The position numbers were made by a program, and so were the translations under genes. Positions 24,540 to 38,500 of a stretch of DNA of 64,000 bases are shown piece after piece (the stretch's first letter is position 1; each line of letters opens with the position of its first letter). The notes under the pieces are model-generated. The model ran no database searches. It was not told the DNA's origin and was given only the letters and a program-made list of their open reading frames with translations. The DNA is from Takakia lepidozioides (lineage: Eukaryota; Plantae; Bryophyta). Location: assembly GCA_030704615.1 (NCBI GenBank), contig CM060732.1:59272001-59336000 (forward strand). The letters run 5' to 3'.

Positions 24540-25200
24540 TCTGCTTGAGTGACTTAATCACTCTTTTCCACCATACCATTAACACTGCGGCCAGTAGGGA
24601 GCGCTATGGCTCTCTTTTATACCATATTCGCGGCACGTAATCGATCAAACTCACCTCCCCACTCTGTGCCCATTGTCAGTGAGCAATGTGTGGGGGCAGC
24701 TATACCTGTTTAATGACTTCCTCCTCAAGAAAGCGGGCAGTAAGTGCTGCTGTAGTATGATCTGCCACTGGTGCAGCCTCTATCCATTTTTGAGAAGTGA
24801 TCTATTGCCACTAGAAAGTACTGATTTCCCCTGCTGGTTATAGGTAATGGTCCTGCCGTGTCAATTGCAACTCTGAAAAACAGATCCACTATTGGAATAC
24901 TGTGCAGTTTTGAGCTACCCTGAGCGCAACACTCCGTTCTGTTTAGCCATCTGACATTCGCCACAGCCTTTGAGTACTTGCCTGATGAGTTTTGTTCTGT
25001 CATGCCAGAAATACCGTCGGCATATCTCCTCTTGTGTTCTCGGACTCCAAAATGGCCCGTGGCCTTATGCACTTCAGTGATTATTGCCTCTCTGTCCGTT
25101 CTTGGTGGAACTACCCTTCCCTCAAAGTAGACCTCACCCTTGAGATAGGAGTACTGCCTTGCCCGCCTGTTGGCTCTTTTCTCTCCTCCTTTGTCAGATA
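24540..25200 (-). pseudogene. Integrase of family B, heavily frameshifted
   Basis: HKATGHFG; FFRVAIDTAGPLPITSRGNQYFLVAIDHFSK. Confidence 0.85.
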
Positions 25201-26006
25201 GTCATTGACTTCTCCAAAACATAAGAGATGCATAACTTCCACATCATCAAGTACATCAGGTTGCCTTTCCTCCTTAACAGCCACTGTATGATTGTCAGAG
25301 CTGATGAGAGACCTTTTCCCCCATCTTTCAGCTTCGCGTAATAGTGACATCTGAGTGGCCTTGGTGGGTGTGCTCCCATGGCACCCAGTCCCCTTCATCA
25401 TCCTTGTTATAAGAAGAAATGTCTTGTTCGGAACAATGTGGCCCATCACTGTCTGAAGAATAAAATGTCTTGGTGGAACACTCACCCCCCATGTTCTCTT
25501 CAACTGGCCATTCTGACGAGGTAGTCACCCGAGTTTTTCTTGTTGTTTCTGTGCTTGTAGATTGTTGAAGGAATGGTGTTTCTTGCAAGCTCCCCTCTTC
25601 ATCATCGTTTGATCGTTCCTTCACAATTTTGCAGGCTGGCTGTACCTTGCTTAGCTCCTGATCACGAGCATGAGATCCTCCGGGTACCACATGGATGGTG
25701 GGACAAAAGGTCATCCGATCTTCCTCTTCTTTGTTGTTGATTGCAGGATCCTCCTTTTTTCCTGCACCCATATCTTTCCAATACCCTCCCTGACCAGATT
25801 GATAGGACCTGATTGATCAATTCCCTTTCCTTGTTTCTTGGCAGCCAAAGTCTGTGCAGCAAAAGTCACCCTTTTTTCCTCCCCATTTGGCATTGTACCT
25901 GGTTTCAGTCCTCCTTTCAATACAGCCTTGGTCAACCTTCCACCTGTGGAAAAGCTATCTATTCCAGGAACGAACTCAAATGAAAAGTCACCAAGCAAAT
26001 CTATTC

Positions 26007-28051
26007 CTATGTGGTGCTCTGAGTACAGCCACCAATATGGGTCCAGATTGTTTCTAAAGAAAAATGACTTCCCAACAGTGTTTTTTTGAAATGCCAAAGA
26101 CCCCACACACATGCATAGTACTCTTCTCTTTTGCAGATCATTTCCCCTCTTTCACTGCTATACCCCACTTGCCTATGAGCCTCTTCTCTCAACTCCTTCT
26201 TACCCTCCTTAAATTGAAATAGATAAGCCTTGATGGCACCCCTATCCCACTCTAGTTTAAGAAGATAGGCTCCATCCCTCTTCCTTCCTTCCCTTTTCTG
26301 TCTGTATAAAGAAGTAGAGTATACCTCGATTTCCTCGGTTTCCTCTGCTGGTCCCACTGGATACCTGCTTAGCGCATCTACGTTAGCATGCCTAGCACCT
26401 GCCCTATGAACAATTTTAAACTCAAAATCTTGTAACATCATGATCCATCTACCCCTGCGTCCATATGCGTCACTTACCGTTGCCAACCACTCCAGTGGTT
26501 TGTGATCAGTCCTGATTACAAAAGGGGTTCCATACAGGTACTGCCTAAAGTGTAATACTCCCCACACCAGGGCATAGCATTCACCTTCCATAGGGTGATA
26601 TTTGCGCTGAGCATCAGATAGTACCTTACTGGCGTATGCAATGACCCTCCCCTTTTATACTCCTTTTGTGACAATACTGCCCCTACTCCTTTGATGGACC
26701 AGTCAACATCCAAGACGAACGGTCTTGAGAAATCTGGTCTTGCCAGGATGGGAGCAGTTACCAACTTCACTTGTAAGGCAGAAAAGGCGTTTTGTGCCTC
26801 TGCACTCCAGATAAACTTCACATCTTTCTTGGTTAGAGTGAACAAGGGTACTGCCACTCCAGCATATCCTTTGACATAGGGCCTATAGTACCCTGTCATG
26901 CCCAAGTAGCTTTTGAGAGCAGTGTGGTTTTTGGGCAAGGGAAACCTTTCAATAGCAGCTATCTTATCTGGATCAGGCCACGTTCCCTCTTCAGAGATCA
27001 CATGCCCAAGGAATACCAACTGTAAGTTGGCAAAGTAACACTTGTCCGGATTGAGCCTAAGATTGGCCTTTCTAACCTTTCTCAGTACTCTCTTTATATG
27101 CCCCACGTGATCTCCCCAGTCCTTGCTATGGATATTGACGTCATCTACAAAAACTTTAGCGCAATCTTTGATTTCTTCTCTGAGCACCCTATTCATTGTT
27201 CTCTGAAAGGTAGCAGTGGCATTTTTCAGCCCGAATGGCATGACTAGCCATTCATACAATCCCTTCTTTGTGATCACTGCTGTTTTGCTTATGTCTCGGT
27301 CGTCCATTTTGATCTGCCAAAAACCAGATTGTAAATCCAGCGCAGAAAACCACTTGGCTTTCCCCAACTGGTTTAAAACATCCTGAATTAATGGCATAGG
27401 GTAAGAGTCCCTTCTGGTTAAACGGTTTACTGGCCTAAAATCACCACAAAACCGCTTGGATCCATCCTTTTTTGGTGGAAGGGTAACTGGACACGACCAT
27501 TCTGAACTACTCTCTCTCATCTTGCCTTGTGAGATCAAAGTCTCAATTTGTCCTTGTACCTCGTTTTCCTCCCACTCTGATAGGCGGCTGGGACGACTTC
27601 TGCAAGGGGGAAAGCCTTGAGTATCAATTGTATGTTCCACCTCACTGCAATATCCTAAGTCAGCCTTGCTAAGAGCAAAACATTCCTGATTTGCTTTTAG
27701 CTCTTGCTCCAGCTCTTTCCTTTGTTCTGGAGCGAGCTCTGGGTTGATGTGTAGTCTGGATTTCAGACTTCTCCAACGACTCTCCATTTCTTCCTCTTGA
27801 CTGGGTTCTAAACTCTTTCCCTCCACCTGGCTTACAGAGTTAGCTACTCTCTGTCTTTCCTCCTGTGTGACAACCTGATTCCAATCATGGAAATCATCCT
27901 CTATTTCTACGTTGTTGTTCCCTAGTTCTCCATCCCAAGCCTTCTGGTGAGCTTCCTGAATTATAGCGGCAGCCATGCTACGTTGGGTCTCTTCCTGAAG
28001 GAGTTCAGACATCCCTTGGTCTTCGAACAGGTCCTCCCTAGCTGACATCAT
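26007..28051 (-). pseudogene. Reverse transcriptase and RNase H of family B
   Basis: LDLQSGFWQI, MPFGLKNATATFQR, FVDDV, LDVDWSIKGVGAVLSQ, ECYALVWG, TDHKPL. Confidence 0.95.
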
Positions 28052-28709
28052 CTATTATCTCCTCAACATCCTTCAGTACTGTATCTACCTCCTCACTCTC
28101 TTCAGAACCTCCCATCTCCTCATCCTTATCAGATTTAGAGGTGTCAGAACCTGAGGATCCTTCCTCCGTGTCCTCATACTCTTCCTCTGGCTTTCTTTCT
28201 TTCTCCCACAAGCCTAGGTACTGCTCATCTGACGTCAGGGTTAAGACATTACCTGTTGACGTACTGCCTGCATACCGCACTCTGCTCTCGACCCCTCTAT
28301 GGCAGGCTGTTCTAGTAACTGCAGGCTCATTGTAATTTATGGTGTGCAAAGGGAAGTGAGCAAAATCCTTTCCTGGCCCATAGCGCACACGAATTGTTTC
28401 AGCTTCGGTGTCAACTACAGCGCCAAACTTTTTGAGAAAGTCTAATCCCAGCAGCATGTGATATGTATCCGTGTTCACCACCATAAAGGACAAACGATTG
28501 GTCAGCTCTCCTACTTTGACCTTGATGTCCTCAAGTCTGCCCATTGCAGTCTCAAGAGCACCAGAGGCTACTCTGTAATTTACATCCTTACTAGTAATGA
28601 CAGATCCCATCAGACCAAGATCCCTTACAATACTCGCGGATATTACTGAGAGCATGGCACCTGTGTCAATCTGGCCTAATACTTGGTAATCTCCCATTGT
28701 AATCATCAC
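28038..28709 (-). pseudogene. Aspartic protease of family B
   Basis: QIDTGAMLSVI and MLLGLDFL motifs. Confidence 0.9.
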
Positions 28710-29799
28710 ATGAAGTGCCTTTACTTTACCAGTATAAGCATATGAGATTGTGGGTTCAGCGTTAGATCACCTTATCCTTTCTATGTTTTCAACAGTTCCA
28801 GCTAACCCTCATTTGATCTCTCCAGGCAAACAAGCTAGATTTACATTGGTTTCAGTGCATCACTACCCACGGCAGCATTGTGTGCAGGTTTATAACACTG
28901 AAACAAGATTCAAGAATGAAGACAACAGTGACCATTCTGATTTCAGTGACAAACAATCTCTCTCTCTCTCTCTCTTCACTCATTTCTCTTACTAACACCA
29001 CAACATCAGGTGCATCCATCCTTTCCATGTTCTGGTTTGAAGTCCAGAGTCTCCATTCCATTTCCAAAAATCTTTTCCTCTATCACATGTCTCCACCATT
29101 TCTCTTCTACCAAGATGCAGTCCTAAATCTACCAAAAGCAATTTCTAAGTTTCAACAAAAAAAGGCCAACAGTCCACAGACTTATCTGTTTTTATCCTCT
29201 AGTGAAGCGGTGGGTCTGCCTGTCAAGGTGGCACCTCGCCATCGCCTGTCAGCAGCCACTTCAACCTTTTCTCCTTGTCTTGATTCCAGTCTTTATCATG
29301 CCATGATGGCTCCTCTTCATCCCTTGGAACATCCTGTGGCTTGCCCACTAAATTGCTCTATGCAATTCCTTCTTACGAATCGACCTGGTCCTATAACAAG
29401 AAGACACAAAAGTAGCTAGAAGCTTGATGACAGAGAACGTGAGATGCCATACAGCCAGCACTCCACATGTTTTATCCCCCCCATTGATTGTGCCCAGACT
29501 CTCTTCCTTGTGCTTCCAGCAGCTGGCCGTTTTCCTTGCTTGCTCATCTGCCCATAACTGTCATCTTCAAGGCAATGGCGGCAGCGGTGGTGCGCCGCTC
29601 TCCTTACATGCTCCTATCTCCTGGAATTGATCATCACTCCGAGAGAGGCGGCACCGCTTCCCTTTACACAGAATACCAAGCAGAGGCACTTAATGCCGCT
29701 TCCTAAACCAAGCAAAATCCCACAGCGTAGGTACAACCTCCCAACAACAGGCTGCCCTGCCAACACCACTGCTCGCAGCAGCTGCTACGAGTCACCCGT

Positions 29800-32700
29800 C
29801 ATCTTCCTCTTTGTTTTTCTCAACCCGTGATTTTAGGTTAAGCACCAATGATGAAAACGTTCATCGCATGGATGAAAATACGCACTGTCATGACTTAGCC
29901 ATTTTTTCTCCTGGCAAAGCATAAGCTCAGTGTGCCCATGAAATTACCTGCATGCAGGGATACATCCCTCCTGTAGTTGGGATAACGGGCACTCCTATTA
30001 TGTGATGTAGGTCTTAACGGTAAAACAAAGATGTAATGTCACTCCCCTGCATTCACACTACAGTACAACCACCACACAGTCTTCATGCCATGATTCACAC
30101 ACTGTTAAATCCTCACCCATCACACGGCGTACATCCATGGGAACTTGAAGGTATTGGTGCACGTGTTTCAATGCTCTCCGATCCAGGAACAATCCATCAT
30201 GGTCCAAATGGACTGCCTTGTGAACCGTTGTGAAGCATTTCCTGGCATAGTAATTGGTGTAAGTGACCTCACTGTTCAACTGGTTGGATGAGATGTTCAC
30301 AACCCTAGAAACTTCGTTCTCAAATGAGTAGCACCAAAAAATGTCGTGGCATCCATGCCTTTCCACATCATCCAATAGCTCTCCACTCCCTATACAATGG
30401 CATATCACATATTAGATGACTCGTGCATTCTTCAAGCTCTGAGTTGTCCAACCATACCTTCGACTGTGTGTGTAAAACAACCTTCCAATCTCAGTGAGGA
30501 TCATACCTATCCCACCCAAAATAGAGTCCAATCCCAGATTAAGATGATCCAACACGTGTGGCAAGCACCACATGACGAAGATCTAGTACTCCTCTGCCTT
30601 GTAGAATCCCAATGATTCTATACTCCTCGGCCACCTTGCCCCAAGTCCTGCAGGTCTCATGCATTACAGCTTCTATATCTTTCATCTTCCGATTTTCTTC
30701 GGCATATTTTACCAGCATATGAACGTACTTCTTGAATATACACAACGCCAAGGTGTGCATGACATCGTACGTCAAATCACGAGATACATCGAAGCCGTAT
30801 AAATCATACAATCTCCAAAGACATGAATTCCCTGAAATGCCTGCTTCACGAGCAACTTCTTCCTTTCTTCTGCCATCAGGTAGTTTCTGCCATTCTCTCA
30901 CGGAGAGTGCCATGTTTTCCGCAAGCCACATGTCATGTGGGTGTCTCATCTGCAATCTGTTGTCATGGTACTGAGTACTCCACCAAACCCCTGTTGGTAG
31001 ATCTAGCCCGCCACCTGGATGCCATGTAGTGGCGTCAACAACCTGAGTAGCCCCCACTCTTCACTCCACCCACCTTGCACTGAGCAGGGTGGTCACCAGT
31101 CCAAACCATTAGCATGGCCCTCAAGGTAATTGAATCGGCATTGGAAAGGTGCTTGCTAATGAATCCCACAGGATATGAGTAGTGGACTGGGAATCCATCC
31201 ACAAACATACGTTCCAAATCTGTCATCAGAGGCTCCAAGAATGTTGTCAACACGTTGCCATCATCTTGTTGGATTAACTTTTCTGAGCTCGTAGGAATGA
31301 ACATGACAGGCAAAGGATCCATTGTGTTGTCTTTACCAAAATTCTATATCATCACGTCCACAGTCCAGCAGCTCTTGGGACTTGTCTTTGCTGTCGAAAA
31401 ACCATCCCAATGCAGCATCGATCCGAAATTGCGTGGATCAAACAAGATTAAAATTGGACCTGGAAACATTTCAAAGAACCAAAGATACATATTAAATAAG
31501 GACACACCTACGGCTTGGAAGCAAAGAAATATATACCAATATGAACTGCAAATGACTTACCTTCAACATGCGCCTTGGGACATGAATCTGACTGGCACAC
31601 TCCGAGCACGCGAAGGTGTAGTGGTCTGTCTCTGAATCCCAATGTTGAATTACTTCCTTGCACTTTTTAGATGCAGGAAATGTCCTGAACACATAGGAAC
31701 AATTCTTATTGGGACATATTACAGGGGCCTCCCACTCTGCCTCTGGGTTCCAGAAGGCCTGGTATTCACGAAACTTGCTCCCATCAAAATGCTCTTTGAT
31801 ATGCTCTGGCGAAAAACTAGAATCTTTTCCCAACCATCTGTCCCTGGCCCTCCACGTACTCAACATCTTTTCACAAATGGTCCTACTTTTGCATAGGCTT
31901 GCTAGCAGCGGTCCAATAGGTATGTAGTCAAAAGCTAGGATGTCTTTCCTCATCTGTGAGCAGATTGGACACCTGTCAGAATATCTTGCGCAGTCCCTTT
32001 TAAATTTCTTTCCAGAAGTAGGCTCACACCTACAAGGCACCATCTCAGAGCCTTCGTATGAATCCTCATCACTAGGTGGCATGAGGTGGGGAGCATGTGG
32101 TGTTTCTGTGTCCCCAGGTTACAAACGCCACCTCTCTCTCACTACCAACCCAACCCTTTATACAAGTGACGAAGTTTTTTCCATGAAGTCGGTGGTACAA
32201 ACCCCCTGAATCCCTCTGAACCAACCATTGTCAACAATCTGCCAGTTGATAAGGCACTGTAATCGACACTTCCATCTTCGAGAACTTTGGGCTCTTCCTG
32301 CAATGAGCCAAATAATTCGTGTAACATGAAGTCTTGCAGATTATGGGGTACGTGACTCTCGTCCCACTTGTCGTGAAGCTCTACGATTTTGTTGGTAAGG
32401 GCTTCTTCCAGGGTTAAAGCTCGAGCTTCACAAGATGGAGGTGCCTTACTAGAAGAAGGGTCAAGTGAACCTGAGGACATGCTCCCTTGAAGGTCGAATT
32501 CGCAAGATGGATGTTCCTCACTAGAAGAAGGGCCATGTGCACCTTCTGAAGATGTGTTGTCTTGAGGGTCAAGAATTGGTGCTGTGAGGGCTTCCTCTTC
32601 CAACTCATTCACGAATACGTCTTCAGAATTCATATGCTTGTATATAGTCCTCTTTGACATATGAGCCCCTTTGCACCTTGCACAATAGCATGGAAATTTT

Positions 32701-33014
32701 TGTCCAGAGCTTGTTGCAGGCGTACCCTCTTCAACCACCTCTCGATGCACCCCTGCATCTGCAATCATGTGCCCCAGCCTGTTGGGCACTTGTGCAGCAT
32801 CTTGGACTGGAGTGGATGATGGTTCCGGTACTCTTTGAAGCCTCCTCACTATCGCATGGACCTTACCTGTCTTTGAGCATTGCTCATGGTTGTAGAACGT
32901 CCTTTCAGGCACCCATGCAAATCCAGGAGGGAAATGCATGCACTTGTAGGAGCACCGACATACTACATTTTTAGCTTGAGCTTCTGTCATGGTATCACTC
33001 AATATGATGACCAA
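29800..33014 (-). mobile_element. CMC (CACTA/Mirage/Chapaev) superfamily transposase pseudogene, not the usual plant TNP2 type
   Basis: CYCARCKG..SKRTIYKH; DPRNFGSMLHWDGF (~31380-31440); FLEPLMTDL; WTGDHPAQCKVGG; YDVMHTLAL; FWCYSFENEV; probable intron 31460-31560. Confidence 0.8.
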
Positions 33015-33776
33015 AGATATTCAAGGCCGGTCTAGTTGTTCAGAAAATAAAAGGGATCAGAGGTCGTTCTTAGAGGACAGTCATCCCCAGGAATTTTGCA
33101 GTTTGGGTAGCAGCCATCACCTAAGGTCACATGACTTCTGTGATGTGATAGATACAGTCATTAGAGAGCGAAATAAACAGGTGGGGACAGGTCCTCAAAT
33201 CATGGAAATTGAAGGATCACTTCTGTAGAAGACTCTCTCGCACACGCACATCACGGAAATCAATCCCTCTCTTCCCTCTTGCCATTTTCCCAACAGTTAT
33301 TTTCCCAAGGTAAAAGGGCTGCATTTCACAACCAATCCCACCCAACAAATTATGCCACGCATAGCATTCCTAACATGTGCACTGGCCGGTCCATCTCCAG
33401 ATGTATATGGGAAGTTGAGCCCTTGCAGTTCCATGGGTGCGATTGGGGGTCTATTGTAATGATGATCACCCACCTTTCTATATGTTCATGTTCATCATAC
33501 TCATGGAAGTTTCTGGAAAGGTGCGAGTCAAGAACAAAGACAACCCTCCTCCCAACAAGAGCGCTCCGCTGCATCCACAACACCAAAAAGTTTAAGCGAT
33601 ACGGAAGGGATCAAGCTTCATCTACCCACCTTCCAATTGGATTGCTTACTCAACAAATATTATACCAAAGCATTAATTAAAAGCAACATCACAATAAGGT
33701 TACTTCCTTTGAACGGTACATATATCTTACCAATTTTTTTGACATTGCAAGAAAGTGTATGAGAGAGAGATCTTAC

Positions 33777-33869
33777 CTGGAGGGCACTAGCAAATGAGGC
33801 TGCAACCAAAAGTGGTGCTACATAGCCTGTTGCATATGCCAATAGGAGAGTTCCCCCCACAAGTGGATC
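33777..33869 (-). pseudogene. CCDA: Isolated exon of chloroplast cytochrome c biogenesis protein CcdA
   Basis: 93-bp exon with TTACAG acceptor and GTAAG donor encoding [31 protein letters not shown]; no other CcdA exons recognised. Confidence 0.8.
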
Positions 33870-34774
33870 CTGTAATTTGAGAGTACCCCTATGTCAGTCC
33901 CTATTATCCCCCATCATACAGACTTAAACGCTCTGGACCTGGGCGCCCAAGGCAACTATCCATTCACTACAAGCCATCACAGAGGTTGAAGTTTCTTGCA
34001 CGACAGGGGTTCAAAAAAAATGGGTCTGACAATGAGCAAAACTCCTCCAATCTGCCTGGCCAATAAAATGAAACATCTTTTTGAGCATGATACAACTTTC
34101 ATTGGGGTCTGTTTTACTATAATTCAGGCACTACTTCCTAGACTGGCAGAATACCAAAAATATGTTGGACACTGCAAACAAGGATACTGAGTTCGTACTT
34201 GAGGGAAGGCTAGCTGCAGCAGCTTGCGCATCAAAGTTGCCAAAGAAACATGGCAGTTGATTTGCCAAAAGACCTCATTAGTATTGAAAGCAAAAGTTGT
34301 ATCTTACCTCTCCAGCTTGTACACATAATTTTTATTCAGTTTCTCTTGTTGCTCCAGTGTAATGTATCTGATGTACAAAATTCCTGGTGGTATTGCCCAC
34401 AGCCCCCCACTTGTCAATCAAGGTCACATCTGTGCTTGTTGCTACCTCAAGTTATTGTCAAGGGGTTGTGGTGCGAAGGCTTCTACAGCACCACGTCGCT
34501 CTTTCCACCTTCCCAATTTGCCTTCATTTGTGAGCGGTACAATACATACCTCAAGCAGGTTCAGACCCATAAGCATAGCCACACAGGACACGCCGATTGG
34601 AAAGCCTGCCCAATGCCCATATGCGTTCTCTGCCAACGATGCGCCGCCCGGCGGTTTCCATGCCCAACACTTAGTGCACCAACACTCAATCCTGTCGAGG
34701 GATCAAAGGTGGATGTGTCGTTGCTAGCCCTCACGAAAATGCTACTGAATCCACAAATAGCTTCTTGCCCACTT

Positions 34775-34906
34775 CCACAGATCAGCACTCAAACAGTAAG
34801 ATGAAGAGTGCATTTAAATGGTGACACTTGACTACTCGAGCCACAAATCAGCACTCAAACAGTAAGATGAAGAGTGCATTCAAATGGTGACACTTGACTA
34901 CTTGAG
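34775..34906. repeat. 66-bp tandem duplication
   Basis: CCACA(G/A)ATCAGCACTCAAACAGTAAGATGAAGAGTGCATT...GACTACT occurs at 34775 and 34841. Confidence 0.9.
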
Positions 34907-35575
34907 ATGTGATTATTCAAATGAGCTAGACTGCCTTTCCACAACCCCTACATACATTCTTAGCACTGCTCTTCTGTGAGATATATCTTTAATGGTCACC
35001 GGTACTTTGACGAAACAATGGAGTATGTGCACACCTCAGATGCTCTGCAACAGTTTCCCGACTGTTCATGTTATGGCCCTCTAGGTAACAAGTCTGAATG
35101 ACTTCTGGGTGGAAAAGGCCATGGGGCGGTGTGAATGGCAGGTGGGGGAAAGCTGGAGCAGTGTCACGTGAAGGTTTGGAGAGACAACTGTCAGCTTTGA
35201 GTACAGATCACTTGCCAAGGAGGTCAACAGGTGGTGAAGGTCACCTGTACACGAAGAAAGAGCGGCGGTTCTGGCAGACACGAGGAGAGGAGAAAATGAT
35301 TGAGGATGGTGGCTTGGAGGACACTAGGATCTGATAGAACTGATGCATGAGTTAGGCACGGTGTGGCGGCTGGATGGACCGGATGTGATAACCAGTGCTG
35401 TGCATATTAGAGTTGGTTAATCTTGAAATAGTCACTGGCTTTTATAGGACAGGGACTATGGTTCACCTTTTTTTCAAAAGGGCTGTGTAGATCTTGTGAT
35501 TATGGTTCCATCAAGACCTGAACTGTAAAAAGATTGTTCAGAGTGATTCCTGTCAAAACTCAGGGTTGTTTTAAG

Positions 35576-38500
35576 TGGTATCAGAGCCTGTGTACGATAA
35601 GGGCAGAAAAAAAGAACGTTTGGATTTATGAGCAAGCTCCCGTTGCCAGGATCGGAGAGTAACGTGTGGCGCAACTCGTACGACAACTCAGAAGAGATGG
35701 AACCTTCAGATGCTCGTAGCTCTCGGCGTAAGGAAGATTGCCAGGGTCAGCTTTTCTCAAATGCACAAATAGAAGCCCTAGGTGCACTCATTCGATCTGA
35801 AGTCCAGAAACTTCAACCAGCAAAAGAGAAATCGAGTGCGAAAAGAACCTTAGGGGCTTCACATGACGAATTGCAAATCTAGGCCGAATCACAATTCGAC
35901 GCTAGCTCCTTGGAGTTCAGAGCCAAGAGAAACGAAGATGTAACTCGCGAGATCAAACGAATGGTGAAGCTGCCGTTGTGGGTAAGACTTCTGCCAAGCC
36001 AGAAGAGATTTTGTCGTTCCTAGAAACACTCGAGGAATTCTTTGAAGAGGATTACCCCGAAGAAGCAAAAATTAGAACGACAACCCTACAACTTCGGGAT
36101 GCAGCAAAATTGTGGTGGTCTTGTCACAAAAAGGAACACCGTGAACATGGCAAACCCCCAATTGATACTTGGGAGAAGTTTCGATCAGTGTTTCTGGCCC
36201 ACTATCTCCCTGGAGATTACGCTCATAAGATGAAGGTTGAACTCTTCACCCTGAAACATGAAAGTTCTAATGTGGTGGAGTTCAAGACCAAATTCGAAAT
36301 GCATGCCAGCTATTTTCCAACTCTCAGTGAAGATGACAGGGTGGATTTTTTTGTGGATGGCCTAAATGACTCTTTGAAATATAAGGTCAAAGCCCACAAT
36401 CCCCGCACTAAGGTTGAAGCCTATAGATTGGCTTGCAATTTTGAATGTGAAATCAAGGCACAGCGAGTGGCATACTCGGCTCGTGCAGGGGAAAATAAGG
36501 AGAAGATGACATTTTCTCCCAAGATCACCCAGCAAGGAAGGGAAATGGAAGAGGTTCAAACCCTACAAGAACAACGACAATCAGAGACGACAGAAACCAA
36601 CTGTTGGAAATCCACCGCGCCTAAGTCCCAGGGAACAGGAAGAACATCTTAGGAAGGGGCTCTGTTTCAATTGTCACAAGCCCGGCCATCGGTCAGCAGA
36701 TTGTCCTGAACGCCAATTCCGACAGACTGCAGCCTTGGTAGTGGAAGAACCGTAACCATTACAGACCTCGGAAATTGTTTAGGATCGGCCACTGGAAAGG
36801 GTCCCAATATGAGGGTGTCAACTGCAGTTGTCGATGGTGTAGTGGCCTACACCCACAATGTTATTCGAGTTCAGGGACAGGTGGCGGGGAAACCAACAAT
36901 GTTGTTGATTGACACTAGTAGCACCCATAACATGCTGTCAAAGTCCTTTGCAGACAAGTTGGGATTGTCTCAGGAGGAGGTGCAGCCATCTCAGATTATG
37001 CTACCAAATGGTGGGGTGGAGACCACACAACAACATCTTTCAGCTGTGCCAGTTGTCATGCAAGGGGTGCACACGAAGGCAAATTTTGAAGTCTGGAACG
37101 GCGCTTGCTACGACTGCATTTTGGGGATGCAATGGCTTGACACTGTGGGTGCGATGGTGGCTTGCAAAGGTTGGTGAGCGGTACCTTACCCTTTGGCAAA
37201 ACCTTTGAATTAAAAGGTACTCGAGCCCTCCCCAATGTTCCTCTGATGTCTGCTGTTCAGATGAAAAGGTGTGCGCGTAAGGGAAGTGGTCAGATTTTTG
37301 CCCTGAGCGTGCATGAAAGTCTGTCTGGATCAGATATTAAAAGTACATGAGTACATGTCAGAACAGAAGCAATTCTGAATGATTATCGGGATATGTTTCC
37401 TGAGGAAATCCCTGGAATGCCTCCTGTACGTGATATTGATCATGCCATCGAATTGGTGGCCGATTCAATACCATTTGCATGAGCACTCTATCGGCACTCA
37501 ATTGCAGAAACTGAAGAACTTGAAAAACAATTGAGTGACTTACTTGAGAAGGGGTATATTCGGGCTAGCAAATCCCCTTGGGGCGCTCCAATCATGTTCA
37601 GAAAGAAAAAAGATGGTGGGTTAAGACTGTGTGTGGACTATAGGTGAATAAATAAAATGACAATCAAGAATAAATACCCACTTCCACGCATTGATGATAT
37701 CTTTGATCACCTATATGCGAGTAAGGTCTTTTCCAAACTTGATCTGCGATCAGGTTACCACCAGATACAAATTAAGGATGCAGATATTCCTAATACTGGA
37801 TTCCGATCATGCTTTGGCCATTATGAATATGCGGTAATGCCATTTGGACTTACCAATGCTCCAGCTACGTTCATGCACTTGATGAACTCTCTGTTTTGAA
37901 AATACCTTGGCAAGATGGTTCTTGTCTTTATGGATGACATCTTGGTATTTTCTAAAATAGAAGAAGAGCATGAACAACATTTGAGAATGGTCTTGGATAT
38001 CTTAAGGCAGAATCATCTGTTTGCAAAGAAAAGTAAATGTGAGTTCTTTGTAGATCATATGGACTATTTGGGATTTCATATCTCAAAGGATGGGGTGTCC
38101 ATTGATTCAAAGAAGATTCAGGCTGTGGCCGAATGGCCCAAACCCAAAGATAAAATAGAAGTCAGAAGCTTTGTTGGGTTTGCTAGCTTTCTGCAAAAGT
38201 TTGTCAAATCATTCTCTCGCATTGCAACCCCGATAACTGATCTACTAAAGAACTCCACTTCTAAAGATTGGAATGAAGCTTGGACTCCAGATTGTGATGT
38301 TAGCTTTGACAAGCTAAAGTTTGCATTGACTCATGCTCCAGTCTTGAAGCTAATTGATCCTACCAAGAATGAGATAGTGCTTTGCACTGATGCGAGTGAC
38401 CTCGCTATTGGAGCAGTATTGATGCAAAGTTGTCAGGTTATTGCCTATGAGTCCAGAAAGCTCAGTCCAGCTGAACAAAATTATCCTGTTCATGAAAAAG

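Larger units (their letters stand above)
22752..29795 (-). mobile_element. Ty3/Gypsy LTR retrotransposon (family B), gag and PBS deleted
   Basis: Direct repeats 23062-24100 and 28761-29793 (LTRs; the left one probably extends to TGT at 22752); protease directly abuts the truncated 5' LTR; ends approximate, no TSD found. Confidence 0.8.
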
